DNA of 64,000 bases from positions 6,698,001 through 6,762,000 of the forward strand of contig NW_024704742.1 of assembly GCF_018977255.1 (NCBI RefSeq), in the 5' to 3' direction. The notes beneath the pieces were generated by a model. The model did no database searches. It saw only the letters and a list, made by a program, of their open reading frames with translations, and was not told where the DNA came from. Both the position numbers and the translations under genes were made by a program. Source of the DNA: Callorhinchus milii. Its lineage: Eukaryota. Positions 46,730 through 58,556 of the stretch are shown piece by piece (the stretch's first letter is position 1; every line of letters starts with the position of its first letter).

Positions 46730-47910
46730 ATCTAAGCATATACTTTGACGACATTCCAAAGCCTTAAATTAAGTCGGAGTTGTAATGCATAAAACACACT
46801 TACGGTTTGAGCAGGGGAGCGAGCTGACCCACTTCTTGTTAGAAGTTCAAGGTGCAACTCTCCTGCCTGCTCAAATGCCTAGTGTTTTATCCCCTTGGCG
46901 CCTTGTACTCTCACATTCACAAAATACACATTCGTACAGACAATGATTTTTCATGCAAATCAGACCCCTTTCAGACAGCAACAGCATTCTTTAACTGAGA
47001 CGGTGCAAACCAGTTCACAATCCTACCAATTGTAGTGACCGCTGGGGTGTAAGCGACCAAAGCAATGCCGTGCAAACACGAAGGCAACATTCTAACAGAC
47101 ATTGAATCTCCATTCGCATGAGTATTCAGTCGAGTTTGCAGGTTCCCTGGTAATGACGTCACCACCGCCACAGCGCATAGCTGATAAATGACATCGAGTG
47201 CTTTGCAAAGTCAGATTTCACCTCCATCTCACATGCCCACTGTAATCTTATGTAATTTTGTGGGGGTTAAACATTTGATCTTCAATGTTTAGCCTGGCGC
47301 TGGTTTAACTGATCTGGCTCGGTTAGGAATAAATTCTTTTAATATTTGCTCTATTTCAAGCTTCTAATTTTTATATAAAAAAAATAATTCTTCACGAGTC
47401 GTTGGTTGCGACAGCTCTTAAATTCATTTGTAAAGAGCTGTGACAGACAGATTCTCTTTATCTTATTCAGCACAGCTTTTATAACACTCTCCCTGTAGCC
47501 CCACTCTCGGCTTCCTTTGCCAAAAGAATCCGCCTTATCGTAAATAGTTTCCAAGAGATGGTTTCCAAAAGTATTCCATCCTGGATGACCCCTCTCCCTC
47601 AGCCTCACACTAATTTGAATGGATTGATTCACATTTCTGTCCTTTCTGTCCTGTAAAGCATCTGAAATACTGCTCTCTTCATGATGATGCAGCAACTGAC
47701 ATTGAGAAGCAGGACAGGGGAATTTCAGGCCCCGTACGTTTACATGGATTCACGGCCCTTTTGCTGCTCTTCAAATTGCCCTGATCTGCCAATGAACATT
47801 TTTGGTCTCCAGTCCTTTGGTGTTTCCATCCACTTAACACACACAAGTCATGAAATACAAGGTTGAAAATTGTAATCTGCTTATTACCACCATTGATGCT
47901 AGTGTCATCA

Positions 47911-48310
47911 GTGTCAGCCTGGCTCAGTTGGTAGCGCTCTCTTGCTCTGAGTCAGAAGGTTGTGCGTTCAAGCCGCACATCAGGTCTTGGAACTCATATA
48001 GTCTAGGATGCCACCACAATACAGTGTTGGGAGTGTGCTAGATTGTTAGAGGGGCCGTCCTTCAGGTGAGATGTTAAACCAAGGCCCTGTCTGCCGGTTT
48101 CAGATGGACTTTAAAGATCCTCTGACCCTATTTGAAATAGGGTTCTCTCAACGTCCTGGCCAACAATCTCCCAAATAAAATTGGCCATTCACTTCACGGC
48201 TGTTTGCTGTGCACAAATTGGCTACCGCGTTCACACACAAAACACACAGTCACTGCACATTACAGTATATCATGTGAAGCGCTTTGAGACATCCTCCCGA
48301 AAGTATACCA
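47911..48310 (+). mobile_element. Older DeuSINE (SacSINE1-like), near full length
   Basis: tRNA-like head TGGCTCAGTTGG..GGTTGTGCGTTCAAG; Deu domain GCCGTCCTTCAGGTGAGATGTTAAACCAAGGCCC..TAAAGATCC; 3' core GCTGTGCACAAATTGGCT. Confidence 0.9.
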
Positions 48311-49799
48311 AATGTATTATGCCAATTAAACACATGATCAAGAATGGGGACCAATTTATAATTAATACACTGACTGTGCACAAATAACCTGCGCCGTTGT
48401 CTGTAAATATGGTCATTACACTTGACAGCAACTTTAAGATGCCTTGACATTATAGGTATTGTATTAAATGCAAAGATTATGTACATTTCAGTCATTGGGG
48501 TTATTCACAGACATGGGAATAAAAGGATTCACCGTGAAGTGTCCCACTTTCAGTTGTCCAATAAAAATTTAGGAGAAGGTCACTTTTGTACTCTTAATAT
48601 GTACATTGCATTTGGGAGTTCCTCAAGCTAAACAGCAAACCATAGGATCTTTGTAAGATGGTAAGTGGATGGGAATTTCCCTCAATAGTATGGCAGAATT
48701 ACTGTGAAGGCTCCCATGTGCTTCGATCCAAGTCATTCTTTCATTTATCTTTTACACATTATTTCCACTAAGGTTTTTTTTCTTGCATTTCCTCTGCTTA
48801 AGATCAGAGAAGTGCACTGCAGAACTTTTCATTCTCAAACACTGCATTTTTGGCTAGATTGGTGTAAATAATGCGAAGTGGGTATGAAACAGATGTTGGC
48901 AGTGTTTCCAAGCTGACAGTGGATGCAGTAAGTTTCTGGTAATATGAAAGGCCTAAATCTCCAACATTCTCTCTCATGTATTCCTTTAGGGCACTAGCAG
49001 TAGACTAAAGAAATGTTAGGCCATTTACGAATTGCAGTCTCACCAGCTGATACCAGAGAACCCGTCAGTATATCAATTCATATCTCACTTGTTTAATGTT
49101 CTCCAAATACCGCATTAAGAGATTAAAGAATATAATCACACGTTTGCTGCTACTGTTAACATTTATGCTTCAAACTTTTGGGCTGACCACTTCTTAAGCC
49201 ACTTTGCTTTTCGAAATACCAATCCACAATCCTTACTTGTGGCTTTAGGCTTCTGTTAAAAATCTATCCGTTATTGAGTAAAGAATATAAAGGTAGAACA
49301 AATAAACAAACAGACTTGAACTTTATTTTTCTTTGAGCCCTCTCCGAGAGGAGGGCAAGCAGCTGTGAACCACCTTTTCCAATTTTGGTTTGAGATCATT
49401 TGTCATCAAGCAGAAAGACAAATTCTTGAACGATTCTGTAACGGCTGCACACATTCCACTGAAGCCTATAAGAATGAGAAAAACATCCCAGTGGCTTAGA
49501 ATTTTATTTCAACAAAGCTATGCATATCCCATGGGGTCCTATAGTATTTTTAATAGGATATTTTGGTATGCAATATTGAAATATATTTATTTGGCATTCT
49601 TCGGAACAAGTTGGACTCAGTTATGCAATTCCAGTTATTCTATTAAAGAAACAGCTTAGCTGTAATGTGGGCCAGGGCCTATTCTTGCTGGATGTGGGCA
49701 ACAGATGTTTGTTTAAAAAATAGATTCTGTATTTCATCTTGCGTTTCAGAGATTAAGAATTATATGTTCAATAATCTACTCGGTTTTGAAAGATATTTT

Positions 49800-50200
49800 C
49801 ACTTCAATTTCCTCCTCTCCTAAAGGCCTTGACTTCCACTGGAGCATTATTGAATGGATGCTGCTGGCCCTGCAGAATGTTGTCCAAGCAGTCAAGTTTT
49901 CTTGTAGGAATTAAGACAGTAATTGCTGGCTGACTGTCCATCCATTGTGATACTGCCATTTGTTAAGCCAAATCCTTTTCTCATCCAGTTGAAACCTTAA
50001 GACCAATATTTCAAAATGTAAGACAGTGCAGAATTTCCGACCTCTGATACCACAGTTACACACACACACACACACTTCCCAACATTATCGAACAGATAGT
50101 GATCAGGAATAGGAACCCTAGTGAATTTTGTGTCCCAAGCTTAATCCATTGTAACTAATTTGACAATATTACAGTATTACTGCCTTGGTTAAGATCAAAG
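49800..50200 (-). mobile_element. Ancient AmnSINE2-like SINE
   Basis: GATAGTGATCAGGAATAGGAACCCTAGTGAATTTT and CCTCCTCTCCTAAAGGC correspond to the reverse complement of blocks in 59887-60300. Family name is from memory of the consensus. Confidence 0.5.
50057..50075. repeat. (CA)n microsatellite
   Basis: About 9 CA units. Confidence 0.9.
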
Positions 50201-51269
50201 ATCAGGCAACCACACCTTGCTATATTTCAGGTTATGGGCAAAGCTGTGACTTGCCATTTGATATTGTATTTGCAAAATGTGCGCACGTCAATTTTGTTGG
50301 AGAGATCCATCTGGGTTCCAATTGTTCCCAGTTGCACCTTAATGTACTACCTCATAATTTACTGGAAAAACAAAATGTAAGCATCCACGAAATGTGGTTG
50401 GATCAAAATATATAATCCTCCATTTTATCTTCAAGCTGTCTCCGTTCCCAGCAAGCAATGCTGGTCTGAACTACAGTCACATCACTGCTTTAGTGGGTTG
50501 ACATCAGGCCGGGAATATAGCCATAGTTTGACAAAACCGTCTGGTGAAAACGGAGCCCTGTTATTAGAACATCCCACTGGATTTTCCTCTGGGCCCATGT
50601 TGAGGACACAATTCCCGCCAAGCAAAACAAAATGATAATCGGGACGTAGAATACCTGCTCGGGTCAGCAGAATTACAGACATGCTGGCGCCTGATGTTTC
50701 CATTTAAAATATGGGCTCGCTGCCGGCAGCAGAAAATAACTGTGGCAGTCACTGTAACTGCTTTACACTGGCAGGTAGTTCATACTACTTCTTCATTGCA
50801 AAATCCCAGCCAAAGCTATCTATTCATTTACTACTACTAATAACAATCCTTGAATTTATTACAGCATCTTATCATGTTGTTGAGGTTTCTCAAAGCGCTT
50901 CACAGGATATACTGTAAAGTGGTGTTACCGTGTCTTTTCTGTGGGTGGATGGAGCAGCCAATCTGCGCAATGTCCCGCAAACTTTTTCTGCATCCACATG
51001 AACCCTGTGTTCCTATGTGTAAAGTAAGTTGCAGGACTCCAATTGTAGCAATATGAGATTGAATGCTGAGTCCAGAATGCTGTTGGATTTTCACTGTGCA
51101 GAGGATTTACTGCCTATCTTGGTAATACAGTCGTCCTAGGTAGGAGCATCGTAAAGATGGTTGTTCTTAACTTCATTTCCTGGGCAGGAAGTAACGTCAA
51201 TCTTGACCGAGTGCCTCCTTACAACATGATCACTTGACGTCTCTTCATATCTGTGGATGTGCACCACAC

Positions 51270-51535
51270 AAGGCAGGGAGAAACGTTGGGCAAGTTTCCT
51301 TACTCCACGCGCCTAATAATAATCCCTCCCAAACAATAATAAATTGGTCATTTTCAACCCAGGCCTGTTTGTGGGACGCTGCTGTGCGCAATTGGCTGCC
51401 GTGTTTTGCCCACAAATATACGGTCAATTCACTTTACAGCATATTCTGTGAAGCGCTTTGAGACGTCTAGAATATGTGAAAAGCGCTATATCAAATGCAA
51501 GGATTATTATTATTACTACTACTATTATGATTATT
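51270..51535 (+). mobile_element. SINE short body, 5'-truncated
   Basis: GGCAGGGAGAAACGTTGGGCAAGTTTCCTTACTCCACGCGCCTAATAATAATCCCTCC..(TTA)n. Confidence 0.9.
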
Positions 51536-52348
51536 ATATCCTAGCACTGATGGCAACTGTCAGGTGAAACACTTCGACATCCGATGTGGTGGCCATGGTG
51601 AGTGCTACTTTTTAAGGTACAAAAATGCTTCTACTGCTTTCATTTTCTCTCTGTTTTCCTCCTTTCCTGAAGCCTCTAAACTCTGCTGGTACATGCTACA
51701 TATACAATGCTAATAATAACAATCCTTGCCTTTGATATAACACCTTATCACTTTGTTGCAACGTCTCAAAACTCTTCGCAGAATATACCGTAAAGCGAAT
51801 TGACTGGATATTTTGTGGGCGAAACGAAAAAAATGCAAACCCTATTTTGCTTCCGCCCGCCCAGCATACAGCATTTATATAATAATGGATATATTATATT
51901 GTACACATATATGATATAGAAACATAGATGCAATATTTGCGGTAGTTAGAAGGTTGCTTTTGCTTATTGAAGGAAATTTGATAAGTAGCAGCAGGTGGCA
52001 GCACCCCTCTGAAGGTAAGGTTCCTCCACACTCCTGATGCTGCCATTCTCTTGGCTCCAAAGTGGGGGTATTTTATTTGATAAATCTTAGTCATTACATT
52101 AATCCAGCGCTAATGTCATCAATCACTATTCAGTTTCTCAGAGCTTCTCCCCCCACCTTTAGGTCCCCAGTTTGCCGTACCAGGATTTGACACGGCTCCA
52201 TCAAAGTGGAACCACACAGATAAGGTTATTTTGCCGTTTTTGGCCAATTTTTATGGAATAGAATCCACAGCCCACTCAAATACAGGGGTATTGCCTTGAT
52301 GATACAGTCCCCACAGCAACACACAAAAAAATGAATCTGCTGCATGTA

Positions 52349-52716
52349 TGGAGTCCTGCAGCATATTGGTTTAGAACGTTCCCCTCGCAAGCGAGAGGAC
52401 CCGAGTTCGATTCCCAGGAAGGGCAAAACGGTAGACAAGTTTCCTTGCTCAAGACACCTTTCTTTACACAGCAGTAAGTAGGAACCCAGTGGTTAGTCAA
52501 TCGGCGGATCACTTTTCCGAGGGTAATAATCCCTTAGAAAAAGTATATATATTTGATCTCTCAATCCACGACTGTTTGTGGGACGCTGCTGAGCACAATT
52601 GCTGTGTTTCGCCCGCAAAATATACAGTCAATTCACTTTACAGTATATTCTGTGAAGAGCTTTGACATGTCTCGAAAACGTCATAAGGCACTGTAACAAA
52701 TGTAAGGATTATTATT
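52349..52716 (+). mobile_element. SINE long subfamily, full length
   Basis: TGGAGTCCTGCAGC..CTCGCAAGCGAGAGGACCCGAGTTCGATTCCC..tail. Confidence 0.93.
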
Positions 52717-52724
52717 TTGTAATG

Positions 52725-52975
52725 CAAAGGATCCCACGACAGACTTCATAAAAAGCAAGGAGTTGTTCCCGGTGTCCTGGCCAACAATCACCCAAATAAA
52801 ATTGGTCGCTCACTTCATGCCTGTTTGTGGGATATTGTCGTGCGTAAATTGCCTGACGCATTTACCAACATAATACTGTCACTGCACTTTACAGTATATC
52901 CTTTGATGTTCTTCGCGAAGTCTCAAACATGTGAATAAGGTGCTGTATCAAATTCAAGAATCGTTATTATATTAT
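52725..52975 (+). mobile_element. Older DeuSINE 3' part
   Basis: GGATCCCAC..GGAGTTGTTCCCGGTGTCCTGGCCAACAAT..tail. Confidence 0.82.
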
Positions 52976-53809
52976 CTATGGCTAAAGTAGCACTCAAATG
53001 TCATGCTCTATTGTTGGCAACATAAATGGCTTCCAGCTCAACCGTTATGTTAAGGCCGAGCATGTGTAGCCCAAACCTACGGTCAGAATTTAGTCGTTGA
53101 ACTGCCTTGTTTGCAATTTGATAATGTGTTTATCACCACTGTGTATCACAATGTTTTACCTACATTTTATTTTGTGTGGAGTTATGTTGCTGTTGCAACT
53201 GAATGACCTTTGTTGTATCCAGTTAATTTTGAAGAAGTTAATCAGAACAGTAATAGCTTTTACCAGTCTTGAAAGAGTCAAGAGCTGATTAGATTTAAAT
53301 ACAGCATTTTTTGGTTATAAGTCACGTATTTAACTGATGAGGTTACTTATGATCATAACTTAGATTTTTTGCATGACTGTTACATTATAATTAAAGGCAG
53401 ATTTCACATTGACATACTCTGATATTGAGTTAAATGACTTACAACCAAATGTAATTAATGTCTGACAAGAAGAGAATCCAACTCCTCGTTTTTTAGTACT
53501 TCACAACTTTCTCTAAATCAGAGGATTGCAGATTCAATCCCCTGGTCAGGATTAGCTCACATACTCTAGTTTCATATTCCAGTGTCACCAGAGGAATGCT
53601 GCATTAGCAGCAACAACTTGCATTTATTATTCCGTTCAGCGATAGTGAGCCAGTGGAGCCAGGCTAGAGCTGGTGTGATGGGAGTGCAGAGTTTAGTGCG
53701 GGTGAGTATGTGGGCGTTATCAGAGCTATCGCATTAAAAGACATTTACCTACCTAAGCCCTCTTAACGTCACTAGGTCATTCAGTTCAGGTGCAAGCCAT
53801 AGTCGGAAT

Positions 53810-54100
53810 TGTTAAACCCAGGTCCTGTCTAACTGTTGAGGTGGGCGTTAAAGATCCCATGGCACTATTCAAAAGGAGAAAGGAATTTCTCCCAGTGTCC
53901 TGGCCAACAATTCGCCAAATAAAATTTGGTCATTCATTTTATGGCTATTTGTAGGACATTGCTGTGTGCAAATTGGCTGCCATATTCTCCTCCCAAAAAT
54001 ATAGTCGCTACACTTCACAGTAAATCCTGTCAAGCATTTTGGGATTCCTCCTGATATGAAAGGTGCTATACCAAATGGAATGATTAATTATTATTATTAA
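53810..54100 (+). mobile_element. Older DeuSINE (Deu domain plus tail)
   Basis: GTTAAACCCAGGTCCTGTCT..GTTAAAGATCCCATGGCACTATTC..GCTGTGTGCAAATTGGCTGCC. Confidence 0.88.
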
Positions 54101-54402
54101 GTTATACCTCAAATCCCATTTCTTCGGACGTACTTGTGGTCACTTCGCCCTCCTCCTCTCCCTCCCTCCCTTCCCCCGACCCTGGACTGGTAAAGTGCTC
54201 TGAGGCATTACTCTATGTAAATGTGAGACATTTGAAGTTACTAAAGTTGGTTTTTTTAGATCCCTCTTTCTCTCGTTGTCTCCTAGAATTAAACAGAATG
54301 ATACGGCACACAGAAGACCATGTGGCCCAACTTGTCTATGCTGATGTTCATTCTCCACATGAGTCTCCAAAGTTGTCTGAAGCGGTGATTGAATCAGATA
54401 GT

Positions 54403-54687
54403 ATAATGATAATAATTCTTGCATTTAATATAGCACCTTATCAGGCTTGCTAGACATCTCAAAGCGCTTCACGGAGTATAAAGTGAATTGACTGCATGTT
54501 TTGTGGGTGGATGAAACACGACAGCCAATTGCGCACAGCAGTATCCAAGAAACAGTCGTTGGTTAAGTGACCAAGTTATTATTATTGTTTTTGAAGGAAT
54601 TATTACCCCCCTGGAAAAGACATACAACTAAATGACTAACAACCGTGTTCCAACTTACTGCTAGGTAAACAGAGGTGTGTGGAGTAA
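54403..54687 (-). mobile_element. SINE long subfamily, 3' part (interrupted by L2)
   Basis: Tail and body up to GGTAAACAGAGGTGTGTGGAGTAA; continues at 55751. Confidence 0.92.
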
Positions 54688-55745
54688 CAACAACAACAAC
54701 AAAATTACATTTGTATAGCGGCTTTCACGTCGGGAGGACGTCCTAAGATGCTGGACAGTCAGTGCTCCAACCTGGGGGTCGGGATTGGGGAGGATGGAGG
54801 GCAGGGGGTTAAGGAGGGTGACCAAAGGTACAGTCAAAGAGGAGGGTCTTGAGAAAGGTCTTGAAGGAGGCAAGGGAGGGGGTGAGATGGGGAAACTACA
54901 GGATGGAATCCCAGAGGGTGGGGGCTGCGTGGCAGAAGGCCCATGCGCCAGTGGTGGGGAGGGCAAGGCGGGGGACTTAAAGCAGGCCACAGCCCGCTGA
55001 GTAGAGCGAGCGGGCAGGGGGGGGTTAGAAGGTCTCAGAGGTAGGGGGGAGCAGGCCATGGAGGCTTTGAAGGTCGGGGACCAGGATCTTGAACTGTATC
55101 TTCTGTGCGATGGGAAGCCAGTAGAGTTGGGCGAGGATGGGGGTGATACGGTCATGGAGCCTGGTGCAGGAGAGGACACGGGCTGCAGAGTTCTGGATGA
55201 TCTGCAGCCTATGGAGGGAAGAGTTGGAAAGGCCGACAAGCAGGGAGTTTGCGAGCCTGGATTTATTTATGCATTTATGAGGGTTTCGGTGGCCTGCGAT
55301 GTGAGACAGCAGTGGAGCCGGGAAATGTTACTGAGGTGGGGGAAGGTAGAATGGGACAAGGCATGGATGTGGGGTAGAAAGGATAGTTAAGGGTCAAACA
55401 AGATGCAAAGCCCTGAGGAATGCCGCACAAGACGGGGTGGGGGCTAGTGGAGAAGTCGTTTGTGGAGGTGAAGCGGAGACTGTGTGAGAGGTAGGATCTG
55501 AACCATTCAAGGATAGAACCATGAAGGTTGAGGTGAGAGGAGAAGCGGTGGCGGAGGATAGAGCAGTCAATGGTATCGAAGGCAGCAGAGAGGTTAAGGA
55601 GGACAAGGAGACAGAGGGAGCCTTGGTCTCAGATGACCAAAGGTGATGTCATTTTAACCAAAGCTGTTTCTGTACTGTGGGCAGCACGGAAATCTGATTG
55701 GAGGAGTTTGTGAAGGGAGTTGCGGGAGAGGAAGTAGTGAAGGAA
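54688..55745 (-). mobile_element. L2 LINE, 5'-truncated and internally deleted, nested in a SINE
   Basis: Minus strand: LQSDFRAAHSTETALVK, LVLLNLSAAFDTID, EWFRSYLS, CGIPQG, then directly ILFDP.LSFLPHI, LQIIQNSAARVL, ITPILAQLYWLP. Ends GGACGTCCTCCCGACGTGAAAGCCGCTATACAAATGTAA(TTG)n. Confidence 0.94.
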
Positions 55746-55750
55746 CTCCA

Positions 55751-55849
55751 AGTAAGGAAACTTGCCCAACATTTCGCCCTGCCAGGAATTGAACCCAGGT
55801 CTCTCACTTGCTATGTGAGTGCTCTAACCACTGAGCCTACAGGAATCCA
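55751..55849 (-). mobile_element. SINE 5' part (tRNA head) of the copy at 54403-54687
   Basis: AGTAAGGAAACTTGCCCAACATTTCGCCCTGCCAGGAATTGAACCCAGG..GCTCTAACCACTGAGC. Confidence 0.92.
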
Positions 55850-55869
55850 TAGATACATTATATAGAATT

Positions 55870-56130
55870 CTATGTATAGATGCGTTCAAGAAGAAGCCAG
55901 ATCTTCATATGATGGAAAGGGAAATGGAAGGATAGGGAGGGAATAAAAGAATAGATGAAGACTCGTGTGGAGTATAAACACCGGTATGGTTGGATTGAGT
56001 GGCCAGTTTCCATGCTGTACATTCTTTGTAAATCTTTGTAAACCCCACCTATTTCCCTTCTCCGAAATCCCTCTATTCCCTTCTCTCTTATGTATGCATC
56101 AAGTTTCCTTGATGCATTTTGCTTCAATCA
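55870..56130. mobile_element. Two CR1 3' fragments, tail to tail
   Basis: Plus copy ends TGGCCAGTTTCCATGCTGTAC(ATTCTTTGTAA)-like repeats; the minus copy encodes KLDAYIREKGIEGF. Confidence 0.65.
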
Positions 56131-56618
56131 CAAATCCCTGAGAGTAATGTGATGTATTAACCAAGATGATGTTTCCCATCTTTAATTTGAAGAAATATTC
56201 CCACGCAAAAGGAAATGAAAACCATGCATAAATTAGTCCCTATCTTCTTTGAAGAGCCTATTGTATTGCAATGCTATCTATCCATCTTTTCTTCTGTGTT
56301 GATTTAGAATTTCACTTTCACTTTTTTTCCCTTCAGACATTTCTCTCAGATTTTTATCAGTTTTGATATCTCTCCATGGACAGAAAATAAGGTTTGACCA
56401 AACCCAAACCAGGGTTTAGTGGGATCGAGTCTATAGTCTATGTTACCGATAATTTATCATAAATTAATGGTAAATTAGCAGTCACACACAGAGAGACAGG
56501 CCACAAGGATGGATGGAAAGTGAAGAAAAATCACCCTGGTGCAGGAGAAAGGGGCCCTTCTCAGGTTGAGGGTAAGGGAACATTTCTGGGGCTCAGGAGA
56601 GGGAGCTTCATTCTGTAT

Positions 56619-57001
56619 TATAATAATAATAATAATAATAATCCTTGCATTGGATATAGCACCTTATCACGTCTTTGAGACGTCTCAAAGAGCCTCACAA
56701 AATATACTGTAAAGTGAATTGACTGTATATTTTGTGGGTGAAATTAGGCGGACAATAGCGCACAGCAGTGTCCCACAAACAGTCGTGGATTGACTGTGCA
56801 AAATATATATTTTTTTAGGGAATTATTATCCCCGGAAAAGCGATCCTGTAATCGACTAACAGCCGGGTTCCTACTTACTGCTAGGTAAACAGATGTGTGC
56901 GGAGTAAGGAAACGTGCCCAACGTTTCGCCCTGACAGGAATCAAACTCAGGTTCTCTCGCTTTCGAGGCGAGTGCTCTAACCACTAAGCTACAGGACTCC
57001 A
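56619..57001 (-). mobile_element. SINE long subfamily, full length
   Basis: Head, body and (TTA)n tail all present. Confidence 0.95.
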
Positions 57002-57384
57002 ATATATGTCTGACCTACGAGCACACGATTCTGACGTCGAGCACAAAAGTGGAAAGGGTCTATACTCTCGCATTACTTTATCTTGACTTTAATAATCACA
57101 ACCATGAGGCAAACAATATCAATTCATCTCAAATATTTATCAGAGTGGAACAGAATAACTCAAACAAAACCAATTCTCTTGTGTGTAACTCGGACCAATA
57201 TGAAGTTCATTGTAAATGGAGTCAAAACGTCACATATTTTAGTGTCTGGTTTCAGATCCTAGGAGGGAGTAAAAGAATGAGTAAAAGAAACTACCTCTCC
57301 CAGCTGCACTCTCTCTCTCTCTCAAACCTGTATAACATGCATTGGCTTCCTGTAAGTACAAATGACTGACTCAGACTGCTCAGA

Positions 57385-57575
57385 TAATAATAAATAATAA
57401 TAAAAATAATAATAATCCTTGCATTTGATATAGAGCCTTATCATGTCTTCGAGATGTCTCAAAGCGCTTCACAGGTTATATTGTAAAGTCAATTGACTGT
57501 ATATTTTGTGGGAGAAACACAGCAGCCAATTGTGTATAGCAGTGGCCCACAAACAGTCGTGGATTGAAGTGACCA

Positions 57576-57577
<2 letters not shown>
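57385..57577 (-). mobile_element. SINE 3' half
   Basis: Tail through CAGTCGTGGATTGAAGTGACCAAT. Confidence 0.9.

Positions 57578-57647
<70 letters not shown>
57578..57647. repeat. (TTA)n microsatellite
   Basis: About 23 perfect TTA units expanded from the internal AT-rich linker of the SINE. Confidence 0.97.
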
Positions 57648-57649
<2 letters not shown>

Positions 57650-57929
57650 CAGACAATAGAAATCCAGGATACATTAATCACCATGTCACCCTTTTGAGAA
57701 GTATCATTGAGCTCTTAAAACAGTAAATGTTTACCAGTTAAAGATTTTTAATTCTACAGAATAAATTCTAGTTTTATTTACAAAGTACTGTCACTGCATT
57801 TTACAGTATATCCTGTGAAGCGCTGAGAGCCAACCTCCCAACGTGAAAGGTTATATCAAATATAAGGTGAATTATTACTAAAAATAACATATCGCGGTGC
57901 AAAGAATCAAGTAGAAAGGTACACAATTA

Positions 57930-58282
57930 ATAAAATAGATGACCTGCGGGGTTTACCAGTGGTTCTAAATGTAATCGTAGATTGCTATTCCCACCAGTAG
58001 AGGGGCCATAGTCACATAGTCATAAAATAGTCACAAGAAGAGTGAAAGAAAAATTTAGCGAAATATTTTCTCTCGGAGAATTGTTAGGATGTGGATTGCC
58101 CTCCAAGTAAGAATGGTAGAAGGCAAAGGTGAATGTGGGTTCAGGAGAAAAGTAGTTAGATTTGAAAGGGTAGGAGATAAGGCAGGGCAGGGATTAAATA
58201 AACATTTTGCTCTGAGACCTGACACAGACTTGATGGGCTGAATGACCTCCTTCTGTTATGTAAATGTCTACAATTCTACAAT
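57930..58282 (+). mobile_element. CR1 3' fragment
   Basis: AAATATTTTCTCTCGGAGAATTGTTAGGATGTGGATTGCCCTCC..GATGGGCTGAATGACCTCCTTCTG(TCTACAAT)n. Confidence 0.8.
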
Positions 58283-58515
58283 TTTCAGTTTCTCAGACAA
58301 CCTTTTACAACGTTCTAACAAACAGGTAAAACCCATGGCCCTCGGAAATGAAACCTGAATTCACAGAAATGGCAACAGGAAATGTCATCCCTCGGGGAAA
58401 TGATTTGTTTACTGAAAACATTGTAAATCTTGCTTACTTTTCACTTTGAACTAAACTTCCAGAGACCTCCACAGTAGCGTATGATAACCAAGGACCTCTG
58501 TCCCTCAAAGCCAGG

Positions 58516-58556
58516 CACTCCTTACACTCCTTACACTCCTTACTCTGCACTCCTTA
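58516..58556. repeat. (ACTCCTTAC)n 9-mer tandem inside L2-like sequence
   Basis: CACTCCTTA three times plus a degenerate fourth unit. Confidence 0.85.

Noticed and set aside
54661..55239. 192 aa ORF, the longest in the window
   Set aside because: Out-of-frame reading of a decayed L2 ORF2.
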